This document shows, piece by piece, positions 1-10,205 of a DNA stretch of 64,000 bases. The stretch is taken from positions 1,952,001 to 2,016,000 of the forward strand of contig OZ244720.1 of the NCBI GenBank assembly GCA_965219085.1. Direction: 5' to 3'. This stretch comes from Dehalococcoidia bacterium. Lineage in GTDB: Bacteria; Chloroflexota; Dehalococcoidia; UBA2979. Every line of letters starts with the position of its first letter. The first letter of the stretch is position 1. The position numbers and the translations under genes are program-made. Below the pieces are notes generated by a model. It searched no databases, was not told where the DNA came from, and saw only the letters and a list, made by a program, of their open reading frames with translations.

Positions 1-908
1 GAGACCTCCCTTTGCCAGTTGGGGCTGGCAAGCAGGACCCCGTCCTCCCCCGCCAGCGCGTTCGCGAGGTTGAGCGAGGGGAAGCCCGGGTCCGTCTCGA
101 CGAAGAAGGCGTTGGTCGTGAAGTTCTGCTCCTCGATGCGGCTGCTGTCGATGCCCTGTTTGGAGAAGAAGGCGTCGATGCTGTCCCCGCTCCAGGAGGG
201 CTCGAACACCACCACCACGCCGCCGGGCAGCGTCATCAACTCGCCGCTGGACTCGGAGACGAAGACCGGCAGCGTCTTGCCCTGCGCGTCCCGGGAGCCG
301 CTGCGAACGACTGTGCCGTCGGAATCCACGACAAGGTCCGTCTGCAGCAGCACGCGCCTGGTGCGGTCACCGTCCTGCCAGGTGTAGACCGCTCCCTCGG
401 CCTGGGCCGAGGGCCTGGGGGAAAACGGCGGCTCTTCGGTGCCCCTGGGGCCTTGCGGTGACTCGTCGTCACCCGTGCCCTTGGGCCCCGGCGGCGGCGG
501 GTCGGGATCCGTATCTTTCCAGTCTCCACTCGCTGAATCGTCCTCCACCGCCCCTCTGGCGCCCGGGGCGAGCGAGCTCGCAGCCGCCGCAGCCCCCGCG
601 TTCGGGGTCGGGGAAGGGGACACTGCGGTTGGCTCGGAAGTCGGGACCGCTGTGGGCTCGGGATTCGAGACCGCCGTGGGCCCGGGAGCAGCGGGCCGCC
701 GCGGAGCCGGCGTGGGGCTGACCACCGGCGCAGCGGGGGTCCCGCCACGCCCTGCGCCGGTGGTTGGAGCGGCCGCTTCAGGCGACGTGATGGGCAGTGG
801 GTCCGCGGGAACGGGCGGGGACGAATCGCACCCGGCAAGGGCCACGGCGCCGACCGTCAGCCCCGCGAGCGCCGCCAGGAGAACCAGGTGGCTCTTCGTC
901 CAAGCCAC
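1..908 (-). CDS. Putative lipoprotein with Pro/Ala/Thr-rich linker, runs off the window start
   Basis: Manual translation from GTG 908: VAWTKSHLVLLAALAGLTVGAVALAGC (signal peptide + lipobox), low-complexity linker, then a globular part (..MTLPGGVVVVFEPSW..SPNWQREV). No stop before base 1. Confidence 0.7.
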   Translation of the reverse strand, partial: MAWTKSHLVLLAALAGLTVGAVALAGCDSSPPVPADPLPITSPEAAAPTTGAGRGGTPAAPVVSPTPAPRRPAAPGPTAVSNPEPTAVPTSEPTAVSPSPTPNAGAAAAASSLAPGARGAVEDDSASGDWKDTDPDPPPPGPKGTGDDESPQGPRGTEEPPFSPRPSAQAEGAVYTWQDGDRTRRVLLQTDLVVDSDGTVVRSGSRDAQGKTLPVFVSESSGELMTLPGGVVVVFEPSWSGDSIDAFFSKQGIDSSRIEEQNFTTNAFFVETDPGFPSLNLANALAGEDGVLLASPNWQREV

Positions 909-1599
909 TACCGGCTCTCACGGGGTCGGCAACGGTATGGAACCTGATGCCGATCTTGCTCACGTGTGTAGCCGGCGGGGTCGGCGACGGTGGTGAATCC
1001 CGGGGCACGTTTGCCAGTAGTGGCGTCCAGGACATCCTGACTGCGTTCGGTGGACTGCCCCATGTTCTTTACCGGGGACTGAACCACAACCATGTTGGCG
1101 TCATAGTCGCTATACATGTTCCATCCCCCCGTCCCTAAGAAGCGGCCGCTATTTCCCGCCTAACTAACCAGTCCTCCGCGCTGCCGCTGTGCTCGTCGTT
1201 GCTGCTTGTCGGAGCCAATTCGCTAGCGTTGCGATCGGCGGTCACTCTGCCGATGACAACGAAGCAGGTGGTGCTCGCTGCAAGCGTCGTTCCGCCCGCC
1301 GTCCCAAGTGCATGGATTGATCTGTCGAGTACCACATAGATACCTCCCATAGCGCGGGGTGGATTTAAGGCAGCGTATCACTTATCTATGAATATTCAGT
1401 GTCAAATAGGCCAATGCCGGTGGTAGTCTGGTGGCGATTCTCAGGAAGAACGTCTAGTCGGGCCTGATTGCAACCTGCTCGCAAGGATTCGCTCAGCCAT
1501 CCGTTTCGGCGCGCCGACCCGGTGAAAGGTCGTCGCCGTGCCTTGCGAGAGGGTCACGCCCACGAGCAGCGTCGCTCATGCCCGGCGAGCGGCGACGCG

Positions 1600-1741
1600 A
1601 TGCGACGTACGCCCTCATTGCCAACCCTGTCGTCAGCGGGAGCCGGTCAACTGACGCAGTCCGATGTCACGAACCTGACCGGGATCCTCGACCACGAGAT
1701 CGCCCGGAACACAATGAGGAGCTACCGGAGCCAGTGGAGCC
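1600..1741 (+). pseudogene. N-terminal fragment of a tyrosine recombinase (SAM-like domain)
   Basis: ..LDHEIARNTMRSYRSQW resembles the 'NTxRxYxxxW' start of Cre/XerD-like N-domains; similarity ends abruptly. Confidence 0.4.
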
Positions 1742-1750
1742 GCCCGCGGT

Positions 1751-2171
1751 TCACCGCTCGGCGCGCACTCGCCTGCGGTGTTCCGCCCGCACGAACTTGA
1801 TGAAGTTGTGGATCGACTCGATGTCCTGCGGCGGAAGGCCGGCCACCGCGTCGCGAAATGAGACCTCGGCTGCCTTGAGCAGTTCCGACTCGACGACAGA
1901 CTGCCCGAGTAAGTGCTCAGCGCTCGTCTCGCAGTGGAAGGCCAGATCGACAAGGCGCTCGTGCTGGGGCTTCATGCGCCCCGCCTCCTCCTCCTCCGCC
2001 TGCGAGCAGGCCGGGAACGTTGCGTCGATGTTGCAGATGTGGTCGAAGTTCGCTGTCACCGACTTGTCGCGGCTCATGTACACACGCGTCGAACTCGACG
2101 ACGAGCTCGAGTCGCCCGACCAGCCAGTGAACACCCAGTTGTCGGTGGTCGCCGTTGCGCTGATGCTCGCA
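1751..2171 (-). pseudogene. Chimeric relic: InlB B-repeat/Listeria-Bacteroides-type repeat fragment fused to the C-terminal half of an XRE-like regulator
   Basis: WVFTGWSGD..VYMSRDKSVTANF followed by KPQHERLVDLAFHCETSAEHLLG..IHNFIKFVR; no credible start codon. Confidence 0.4.
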
Positions 2172-2647
2172 TCGGCGCGGAGCGGCCCGAGCGGGCCAGC
2201 CGAGCGCGCCCCCGGCGCGAGGCGCAGCCGGCGACAGGCCCGCGTGACGCCCCTTCCCCGTCGCCCACGGCAGCCCGCGGCGCCGACCCCCGGCCACCTT
2301 GTGCACGCGCGCACCAGGTCGGGCGCAGTGGCGTGTGGCCCCTCGGCGCGGAGCGGCCCGAGTGGGTCCAGCCGAGCGCGCCCCCGGCGCGAGGCCCGCG
2401 TCACCGCCCGTCCCCGTCGCCCACGGCAGCCCGTGGCGCCGAGCCCCCGGCCACCTCGTGCACGTGTGCACCAGGTCGGACGCAGCGGCGTGTGGCCCCT
2501 CGGCGCGGAGCGGCCCGAGCGGGTCCAGCCGAGCGCGCCCCCGGCGCGAGGCCCGCGTCACCGCCCGTCCCCGTCGCCCACGGCAACTCGTGGCGCCGAC
2601 CCTCGGGCCACCTCGTGCACGCGTGCACCAGGTCGCGCGCAGCGGCA
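2172..2647. repeat. Three tandem ~157-171 bp GC-rich repeats
   Basis: Unit beginning tcggcgcggagcggcccgag starts at 2172, 2343 and 2500. Confidence 0.9.
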
Positions 2648-2756
2648 CGGATTCGGTCGCGGTTACGGGAGCAGCGGGCTACGCGGTGGAAGCGATCCCG
2701 TGACGTGGCCCGGGGCCAGGAGAGCAGGGCGAGCCGGGGTGGAGCGTGAAGGAGCA

Positions 2757-4127
2757 AGGGTCACGTCCCTGCAAGTGGTGTAACAGTGCACCATCCTGAT
2801 CATTTGCTAGCTGGCGGTCTGCAGTAGCACCTCCTCGCCTGAGGCGACCTCGGCCACGGCCGCCGGCAGCGGCTGCAGCATCGTCATGTAGCGCCGCCCC
2901 TCCGCCCACTCGTCGTGCTGCTCGGCGAGCACGGCGCCGACCAGCCGCACGACGGCGGCACGGTTGGGGAAGATGCCGACCACGTTGGTGCGCCGCCGGA
3001 TCTCCTTGTTGAGGCGTTCCAGCGGGTTGTTCGACCAGACCTGCCGCCAGTGGACGACCGGGAAGGCCGTAAACGCCAGGATCTCCGGCCCGGCGTCGGC
3101 GAGCAGCGCCGCGGCCTCGGGGAAGCGCTCGGCGAGCTGCTCCACCACGCGGGCGTGTTGGGCCTGCACCTCGGCCGCCGAGGACTGCTCGTAGATCGTC
3201 CGCACCGTCGTCGCCACCAGCTTCTCGGCGCTCTTCGGCACCCGGGTCAGCAGGTTGCGCATGAAGTGCGTGCGGCAGCGCTGCCAGGAGGCGCCGGCGA
3301 AGACCGTCGCGATCGCCTCCCTGAGGCCCTGGTGCGCGTCCGAGGTGACGAGCTCGACGCCGGACAGGCCGCGCGCCACGAGCCCGCGCAGGAAGCTCAG
3401 CCAGAACGCCCCGTCCTCGGAGGTGCCGACGTCGATGCCCAGCAGCTCGCGCTTGCCGGAGGCGTTGACGGCGGTGGCGACGACCACGGCCACCTGCACG
3501 ACGCGGCCCTCCTCGCGCACGAGCTGGGTGAGCGCGTCGAGCCAGAGGTAGCGGTAGGGGCCCGAGTCGAGGGGCCGCTCGAGGAAGCTCGAGACGACCT
3601 CGTCGAGTTCAGCGCAGATGCGCGAGACCTGGCTCTTGGAGATGCCGTCGCAGCCGAGCGAGCGCACGAGGTCGTCGACGCGACGGGTCGAGACGCCCTC
3701 GACGTAGGCCTGCGTGACCACGGAGACCAGGGCGCGCTCCGAGCGCCGCCGCGGCTCGATCAGCGAGGGGAAGTAGCTGCCCTCGCGCAGCTTCGGGATG
3801 CCCAGTTCGATCGTGCCCACACGCGTGTCCCAGCGCCGCGGCCGGTAGCCGTTGCGCCGGGTCAGGCGCGTCTCGCTGCGCTCGCCGTGGGCGGCGCCGA
3901 TCTGCTCGGAGACCTCGGCGTCCATCACCGCCTGGGCGAGCACCGCGACCGCCTCGCGCAGAAAGTCGAGGTCCGCTCCGTCCGCCTGCTTGCGCAGCAG
4001 TTCCAACAAGTCCACGCTCTCCTTGACCACAGTCGTCCTCCTCCACGTGACTCTTCTTCTTGTGAAGGATGGCGCTGTGGTCTCCTACGTCTACCTCCTG
4101 TGACACCACTTCCTGGGACGCTACTCC
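2757..4127 (-). mobile_element. IS256-family insertion sequence
   Basis: Imperfect TIRs (cgtccctgcaagtggtgtaaca / reverse complement cgtcccaggaagtggtgtcaca) around a Mutator-type transposase; no TSD seen, ends approximate. Confidence 0.85.
2807..4030 (-). CDS. IS256-family transposase
   Basis: RNGYRPRRWDTRVG, YLWLDA, VTSDAHQGL, WQRCRTHF, SNNPLERLNKEIRRRT motifs. Confidence 0.95.
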   Translation of the reverse strand: MVKESVDLLELLRKQADGADLDFLREAVAVLAQAVMDAEVSEQIGAAHGERSETRLTRRNGYRPRRWDTRVGTIELGIPKLREGSYFPSLIEPRRRSERALVSVVTQAYVEGVSTRRVDDLVRSLGCDGISKSQVSRICAELDEVVSSFLERPLDSGPYRYLWLDALTQLVREEGRVVQVAVVVATAVNASGKRELLGIDVGTSEDGAFWLSFLRGLVARGLSGVELVTSDAHQGLREAIATVFAGASWQRCRTHFMRNLLTRVPKSAEKLVATTVRTIYEQSSAAEVQAQHARVVEQLAERFPEAAALLADAGPEILAFTAFPVVHWRQVWSNNPLERLNKEIRRRTNVVGIFPNRAAVVRLVGAVLAEQHDEWAEGRRYMTMLQPLPAAVAEVASGEEVLLQTAS

Positions 4128-4665
4128 CGGCCGATCGGAGGTTGGCGGCGACGAGGACCCGTTCGCGCGCTTCGAGAGCGGGTTGTGATGCCGTGTGACA
4201 CCGGGTGGTTGCGCCGCCCCGCAGGATGTGGTTGTCGTGACATCAGGGACGTGCTGCATCGCCAGAAAACGAGCGCCTCGTTTACAGGGTGCGCGCTGGC
4301 CGCCAGAAAAGATGTACGGGAGTCCGGCCGCGCTCTGGAGGAGCAGTCGGAGTCTACGAGTGGCAGTTGCGCTTCGGCGAGCCTCGAAATGATCGGCTCT
4401 GTGGCCGGGGCCGGTCGCAGAACGAGAGGGCCGCGCCCGCGACGAGCCCGCGTGTGTCACAGGCGCGGTCACCCCGGGTGGGATCGTCGGAGCGCGAACC
4501 AAGCCCTCGGAGGCGGCTGATGATGGTTTTCGCGCTCGCCGACACCCCGGCCTGGCTTCGCGCCGCCATTGACGCTCTTCGCGGCCGCAGGGTGGTGGAT
4601 GCCCCGCAGTCGCGGTCTACGACCAGCCAGCGGGGCAGCGCCGACGGTTCGAGGTGGCCACTCCG

Positions 4666-5040
4666 ATGATCGAGGGTACCGTCAACGCGGGACTCGAGCC
4701 CGTGATCAGGCTGCGGCTCCTCGGTCCGTCCGGCCAGACTCGAGAAGTGGACGCTATCGTCGCCACGGGCTACGAGGGATTCCTGACCCTGCCGCCTGGC
4801 ATCGTGGCGGAACTTGGGTTGGAGTCCTCTGGTCATGCTCAGGTGGTCCTTCCCGACGGCAGGGAGATGACGTTTGAGAGCTACGCCGTCACCGTGCTGT
4901 GGGACGGTCGGCCGCTGGACATCGGCGCCGAGATCTCACCAATCGGGCCAGCGGTGGGCCGGTCGATGCTCGCTGGCCACCACGTGCTCATCGAGGCCGA
5001 GCGAGGAGGCGGGCGGGTCGTCATCGAAGCCATGGCGTAG
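4666..5040 (+). CDS. Clan AA (retropepsin-like) aspartic protease homolog, catalytic Asp replaced
   Basis: MIEGTVN..EVDAIVATGYEGFLTLP..LPDG..VLWDG..VGRSML matches the family pattern; DTG reads ATG. Confidence 0.75.
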   Translation: MIEGTVNAGLEPVIRLRLLGPSGQTREVDAIVATGYEGFLTLPPGIVAELGLESSGHAQVVLPDGREMTFESYAVTVLWDGRPLDIGAEISPIGPAVGRSMLAGHHVLIEAERGGGRVVIEAMA

Positions 5041-5815
5041 CGCGAACGCGTGCCGCGCGACATCGCCGGAACGCTTTTGTACTGAAGGGTCCCGGTGGGA
5101 TCGCGAGCCACGTCTGTGAACGGGGGCAACCTCTGGGGCTCCACCTCCGCCGGCGGGCGGCCGCGATCAGTTCTTGGCCGCTTGACGAGTCGCCGGTGGG
5201 ACCCGACGCCGATAGCGAGACCCGCCACGCGGCGGGTCTCGCTATCGGGTTAGCCACGTGCACCCAGCGTCGGCACCGCTGTGCTGCTAGCTTGAGGTGG
5301 CACGCATCGTGCGCCCAGAACGTCGAGCTACGATCCCGAACGGCTATGAGATCACGAACCGTGTCCGATCCGTTCGTCGATTCCGCTTCGCGGAGCGACC
5401 GCGGCCCTTTGGCCGCGCGCAAGCGATGGTGAAGCGAAGGCGAGGCTCGTGACCGCGGACACCGACGTCTCTCTCCTCATCCACAGGCCGTTGGGCGTCG
5501 CCACGCCGGACAGTCGACTGTCGGCGCTCAGTGTTGCCTGGGAGAGCCGGGCCGGGGTGGAACCTCAGACGTGGGGAACCACCCGGCCAGGCCTTCGGAC
5601 TACTGTCGTTGTTCCCTGTCGCTGTGGATTCGCGAGCAGGGCAAGATCCCGTCCTGATCCTCGCTCCGAGCCGACTTGGCCGGAATTGTTCGGCGCTGCG
5701 CGAGGCAGAGACGCCTCGTGGGCGGCCCGGCGCGCGATCGTCCGCTGGCGTGGGAATGACAACCCGTTCTGGCCCCACCTTGATCCTCTGAACTGGCCCC
5801 ACCCCCGGGATGTGA

Positions 5816-6597
5816 TCAGCTGGTCGGTGCACCTCCCTTCGAGGCGGTGGTGACCCGCAGGCGATAGGACTCGCTGCCGGTCTCGATGATGTGGGCGCGG
5901 AACGTGAGCCGGTCGACGACCGCGGCGGCGAGGCGGGGGTCGGCGAAGGTCTGCCCCCACTCCGAGAACGGGGCGTTGGAGGCGACCGCCACGGATGCCC
6001 GCTCCTCACGCTCGGTGAGGACCTGGAAGAGCAGTTCGGCTCCGCGCGGGTCGAGGTGGACGTAGCCGAACTCGTCGAGGCAGAGCAGGTCGAGCCGGCC
6101 GTAGCGGGCGACCACGCGTGAGAGCGTGCGCTCGTCGGCGGCTTCGGCCAGTTCGTTCACGAGCGCGGCCGCCGTCGTGTAGCGCACCCGCAGCCCGCGC
6201 TGGCAGGCGGCCATGCCGAGCCCGATCAGCAGGTGCGACTTGCCGGTGCCGCTGTCTCCGAGCAGCACGACGGGCTGGCCCGAGGCGATCCACTCGCCGC
6301 GCTCCAGCGTGGCGAGCATGGTCGGGTCGACCGTGGGGGCCGCCGCCAGGTCGAAGTCGGCGAGGTGCTTGAGCCGGGGAAACGGGCCTCGTGGATGCGG
6401 TGTTCACGGCGGCGCGCATCGCGGTCGTCGAGTTCGGATTGGAGCACCTCGGCGAGGTAGGCGAGATGGGTGAGCCGGTCGCGCAGCGCGGCCTCGGCGA
6501 GCGCGGCGGCCTGCTGGCGCACGGTGGGGAGGTGCAGCGCGCGGCTGGTCGCCTCGACCTGAAGCGCCGCCGCCTGCTCGGTCACGGGCGTGCTCAT
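5816..6597 (-). CDS. istB: IS21 helper ATPase IstB (frameshift near 6375)
   Basis: GDSGTGKSH Walker A, LLCLDEFGY Walker B, SNAPFSEW..AVVDRL; N-terminus in a different frame. Confidence 0.9.
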
Positions 6598-8123
6598 CGC
6601 GTGCTCGCGGCGCGCAGCGCGTCGTAGCCGGCCAGGCTCGGCGCCGGGCGGTCGAAGCGCCGCAGCGCCGGCCGCTCCACGACGGCGGTCTCGCGGCGGC
6701 CGTCGGCGACGCGGCGCGCCTCGATGGCCACCAGCGCCGGGTCCACCGCGCCCAGCCGCTCCACCGCATCGAGCGCTGCGTGCACCGAGGCGAAGGGCAG
6801 GTGGCGATGCAAGAGCAGCACCTCGATGAGCGCCCGCGTCCCGGCGCCGTCACCGAGCTTGCGGCGGGCGCGCTGCCAGAAGCGTTGGTGCGCGGTGGTG
6901 AAGCTCCCCGAGGCGCGCGCCTGCTCGAGCGCCACCGCGCCGGGCAGCGCGCCGGGCTTGCGGGACAGCACCTCGAGGAAGTGGTCGAGCACGAGGATCT
7001 CGGCCCCCTTGTGGGCGCTGCGCTCGTGGCGGGCGACCACACGGCCCCCGAGGAGGGCGGTCACGGTCCCGCCGCCCAGGCGGACGTCCACCGTGCGGCC
7101 CGCGAACGCCGCGGGCACCGAGTAGCGCGAGCCACGCACGGAGATGCGCGCCTTGCGGTCGGCCTTCGCCTGCAGCGCGACCGTGGGGTCGAAGGGTTCG
7201 GCGGGGAGGGGCCGCAGCGAGGGCCGCTCGGCCTCCGCCATCCGGCCGACGGTGGCGAGCCGGCCGGCGATGTGGCGGGCGTCGTCTGAGCGGTCGGCCG
7301 CCTCCAGCAACGCGTTCAGCTCGGCCAGGCTCTCGACGCGCGGGACCGGCACGAGGTGGCGCCGGCGGAAGCGCCCGACCTCGCCCTCCACGCCGCCCTT
7401 TTCGTGCGCGCCCGCGATGCCGGGCTCGCAGAAGAACGCGTCGAAGCCGTAGTGCGAGCGCAACGCGACGAAGCGGTCGGTCTCGATACGGTCGCGCCCC
7501 AGGAGCACGCGCGTCACGGCCGAGCTCAAATTGTCGTAGCGAATGCGCCGCGGCACCCCGCCGAGGCGATCGAGGGCGAGCGTGTGGCCCTCGAGGAACG
7601 CCTCCTGGCCCTCGCCCGGGAAGCACACGTGGACCGCCCGCCCCGAGTGCGAGAGCCGCAGCACGAACATCGACAGCTCGGTCTGCACGCCGTCCAGCCA
7701 GACGCTGACTCCGCCGAAGTCGACCTCCGCCTCCTCGCCCGGCGGGTGCAACTGGGGGATCGTCACGACTGAGCGACCGGACTCCAGCTCGCGGCGCACG
7801 CGGCCGGCGTAGGCGCGCACCGTCGCCTCGGCCACCGTCGCGCCGTACTCATCGACGAGGCGCTCCCAGACCCGCCGCGCCGTGTGCCGCTGCTTGCGCG
7901 GCGCGCTCAGGTCGGCAGTCAGCCACTCCCGGATGATCTCCACGTACGGACCGAGCTTCGGCGCCGCTCGAGACGCCTGCTTGCGTTGCGGCGGCAGCGC
8001 CGACTGCAGCGCCTGCCGTACCGTGCGCCGGTGCACGTGGTGGCGGCGCGCCAGCTCGCGTATGGGCAGCCCCTCCTCTCGCCATGCCCGTCGGATATCC
8101 TCGAACAACTCCACCCTCGACAC
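6594..8123 (-). CDS. istA: IS21 transposase IstA
   Basis: N-terminal HTH, AEVDFG, IRYDNL, HEKGGVEGEVG. Confidence 0.95.
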   Translation of the reverse strand: MSRVELFEDIRRAWREEGLPIRELARRHHVHRRTVRQALQSALPPQRKQASRAAPKLGPYVEIIREWLTADLSAPRKQRHTARRVWERLVDEYGATVAEATVRAYAGRVRRELESGRSVVTIPQLHPPGEEAEVDFGGVSVWLDGVQTELSMFVLRLSHSGRAVHVCFPGEGQEAFLEGHTLALDRLGGVPRRIRYDNLSSAVTRVLLGRDRIETDRFVALRSHYGFDAFFCEPGIAGAHEKGGVEGEVGRFRRRHLVPVPRVESLAELNALLEAADRSDDARHIAGRLATVGRMAEAERPSLRPLPAEPFDPTVALQAKADRKARISVRGSRYSVPAAFAGRTVDVRLGGGTVTALLGGRVVARHERSAHKGAEILVLDHFLEVLSRKPGALPGAVALEQARASGSFTTAHQRFWQRARRKLGDGAGTRALIEVLLLHRHLPFASVHAALDAVERLGAVDPALVAIEARRVADGRRETAVVERPALRRFDRPAPSLAGYDALRAASTR

Positions 8124-9163
8124 ACTCCTCTTCTTTCGCTCGGGGAGGTCTCAGTTGCCCGAGCGTAGCTGCTGGATGGGTCGGGGGTGGGGCCAGTTCA
8201 GAGGATCAAAACGGCTCCAGATGGGGCCAAATCAGAGTAGCGTTCCCACTGGCGTACAGGCCGGCTGAGCGACCGCCCGAGTGCAGTCTGTGTGCGACCC
8301 AGCGTCTCCCCGGAAACCCTTGCAGGAAAAGGGTTTCCGCGCTGGGAGTCACGCGAGGCTCCGCCACGCGACGGCGTAGGCACCCCACTCCGGGCGCACC
8401 AGGACCGGAACCCTGTAGAGGTATGGAGTTGCCTGGGATGGAGCCTCCTCGATCTCCCCGTCCACTCCGCGCGAGCACCGTAGCGCGAAGCGCGATGGAA
8501 CAGCTTCGCTCACGACCATCACATAGACACGAACACCGATTCGGAAAGAGAAGACGGCGAGAAACGGGCAGGCGGTGATCTCGCACGAGGACACTGTCAT
8601 GCCCATGTTCACGCGGTGGGAGCAAGCTCTTCTTCCCGGCCCGCGTAGCCAGGGCTGACAACGCCCTTGCGCAATCGTTCCGGCCCATCTCACTCACGTG
8701 GCAACGTGATCCGGGGACCGCGGCCTCGGGTCGGATCGAGCCCCGATAAGTTCGGCTATTCGGCGCTCCGCCGCCCTCACAGCCGGTACTTGCAGCAAGT
8801 CGTCCAGCAACCCGGCTGCTACCAGGGCCGCGTGAGTGAGCGCCGACGCCGTTTGGGTGTGCCCGGGTGGGGCGGGTCGGTCGGGCTCAGTTCCGCCGCG
8901 ACGGCACGAGACGCAAGGGATCGGCGATGGCCGTCTCGCCCTCTGGGCTCGCGAGGCCAGTTCGAATGCCGTGGAGGCCTCGATGAGTCACGGCGCCTCG
9001 AACGCCCGACTGCGCTCGCCCCGTCACCGAGGACACGCGGGTCGATGACGGCCGAGAGCACGGCACCGTGTTTCTGGCCGCAGGCGCGGAAAACGCGCCG
9101 TGCCTGAGGCTGCGCGAAGCGCGCCACTGTCATCGTATAGTCAGCAGAAGGACGGAACGGACG

Positions 9164-9490
9164 ATGACGACCGCGACAGCCTATGGACCGATCGTGACCA
9201 GGATGGTCGAGCTCATTGCGGACGAGTTCGAACCCGAGCGGATTGTGTTGTTCGGATCCCGCGCACGCGGGGACGCGCGGCCCGACAGCGACGTCGACCT
9301 GCTGGTCGTCATGCCCGATGGAACCGATCAGACGCGCGCGACCACTGCGATGCACGCCCTGCTCCACACCATGCCGCTCCCGAAGGACATCGTCGTCTCC
9401 ACTCCGTCCGTGATCGCGCACCGCGGGCACATCAGGGGCAACGTCCTGTACGAAGGGTTGCGCGAAGGCGTTGTGCTTCATGAGCGGTGA
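9164..9490 (+). CDS. Minimal nucleotidyltransferase (MNT) antitoxin
   Basis: IVLFGSRARGDARPDSDVDLLVV motif. Confidence 0.9.
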   Translation: MTTATAYGPIVTRMVELIADEFEPERIVLFGSRARGDARPDSDVDLLVVMPDGTDQTRATTAMHALLHTMPLPKDIVVSTPSVIAHRGHIRGNVLYEGLREGVVLHER

Positions 9491-9893
9491 GGACCGCTCG
9501 GCGGAAGCTCTCCGCTGGCTGGAGTTCGCGCGTCGAGACCTCCGAATTGTAGCTGCGCTGCGCGCCGATCCGACGCTCTTCACCGCGGCATGCGTGCATG
9601 CACAGCAGGGCGCGGAGAAGTCGCTGAAGGCCGTGCTCGTGCTCCACGACTTGCCGGTGCCGTTCACGCACGACCTCGCGTACCTGCGCCGCCTAGTTGG
9701 AGACCACCTCCCGCCCGGACCCTCGCAGGATGACCTGGACCGCCTCAACCGCTGGGGCGCTGCGGCCCGCTACCCCGGGGACGCCACGGATGCGACGTCC
9801 GACGACATCGCGATCGCCGAGCGCGCCGCAGCCGCCGTCTTCGACCACGTCGCTACGGAGCTCGCGCGCGGCGGCTTGGTGTCAGACGGCTAA
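9480..9893 (+). CDS. HEPN-domain protein (MNT-HEPN TA partner)
   Basis: WLEFARRDL..HAQQGAEKSLKA..FTHDL..RYPG; overlaps the MNT stop. Confidence 0.9.
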   Translation: MSGEDRSAEALRWLEFARRDLRIVAALRADPTLFTAACVHAQQGAEKSLKAVLVLHDLPVPFTHDLAYLRRLVGDHLPPGPSQDDLDRLNRWGAAARYPGDATDATSDDIAIAERAAAAVFDHVATELARGGLVSDG

Positions 9894-10205
9894 CGCCTCT
9901 TATCACCGAGTCGAGGCAACAGGTGCCGACCCCCTGAGTGAGAGCCCAGGCGGTCGGGGTGTCTGACGAGCGCGCCGCCGCCGGGAGCTGGGTCGCCGAT
10001 CCTGCGGCTGTGGAGTGAGGAGCGCGCCGCCGCTCCGCCCTTACTGGTACTTGTGGAGCGAGGTCGTCGCCGGCGGCCTCTCGTGTGCCGTCGACAAAGG
10101 CGACTGCCCTGTCACAGTCGCCGCAGTGGGGCGACCCCTATGGCCCGGCGTATGATCGCGGTCTCATGCGACGGTCGGCCTCCCTCGTCCGACAGGAACA
10201 CGCCC

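Larger units (their letters stand above)
5751..8248 (-). mobile_element. IS21-family element with 6-bp TSD
   Basis: TG...CA ends; ctggcg duplicated at 5745-5750 and 8249-8254; 26-bp subterminal inverted repeat at 5780-5805 / 8184-8209; istAB inside. Confidence 0.95.

Noticed and set aside
908-1350. Two short minus-strand ORFs in less GC-rich DNA
   Set aside because: No recognisable family; coding status cannot be supported.
2172-2647. Possible CRISPR array
   Set aside because: Units are long and near-identical throughout, with no unique spacers and no cas genes.
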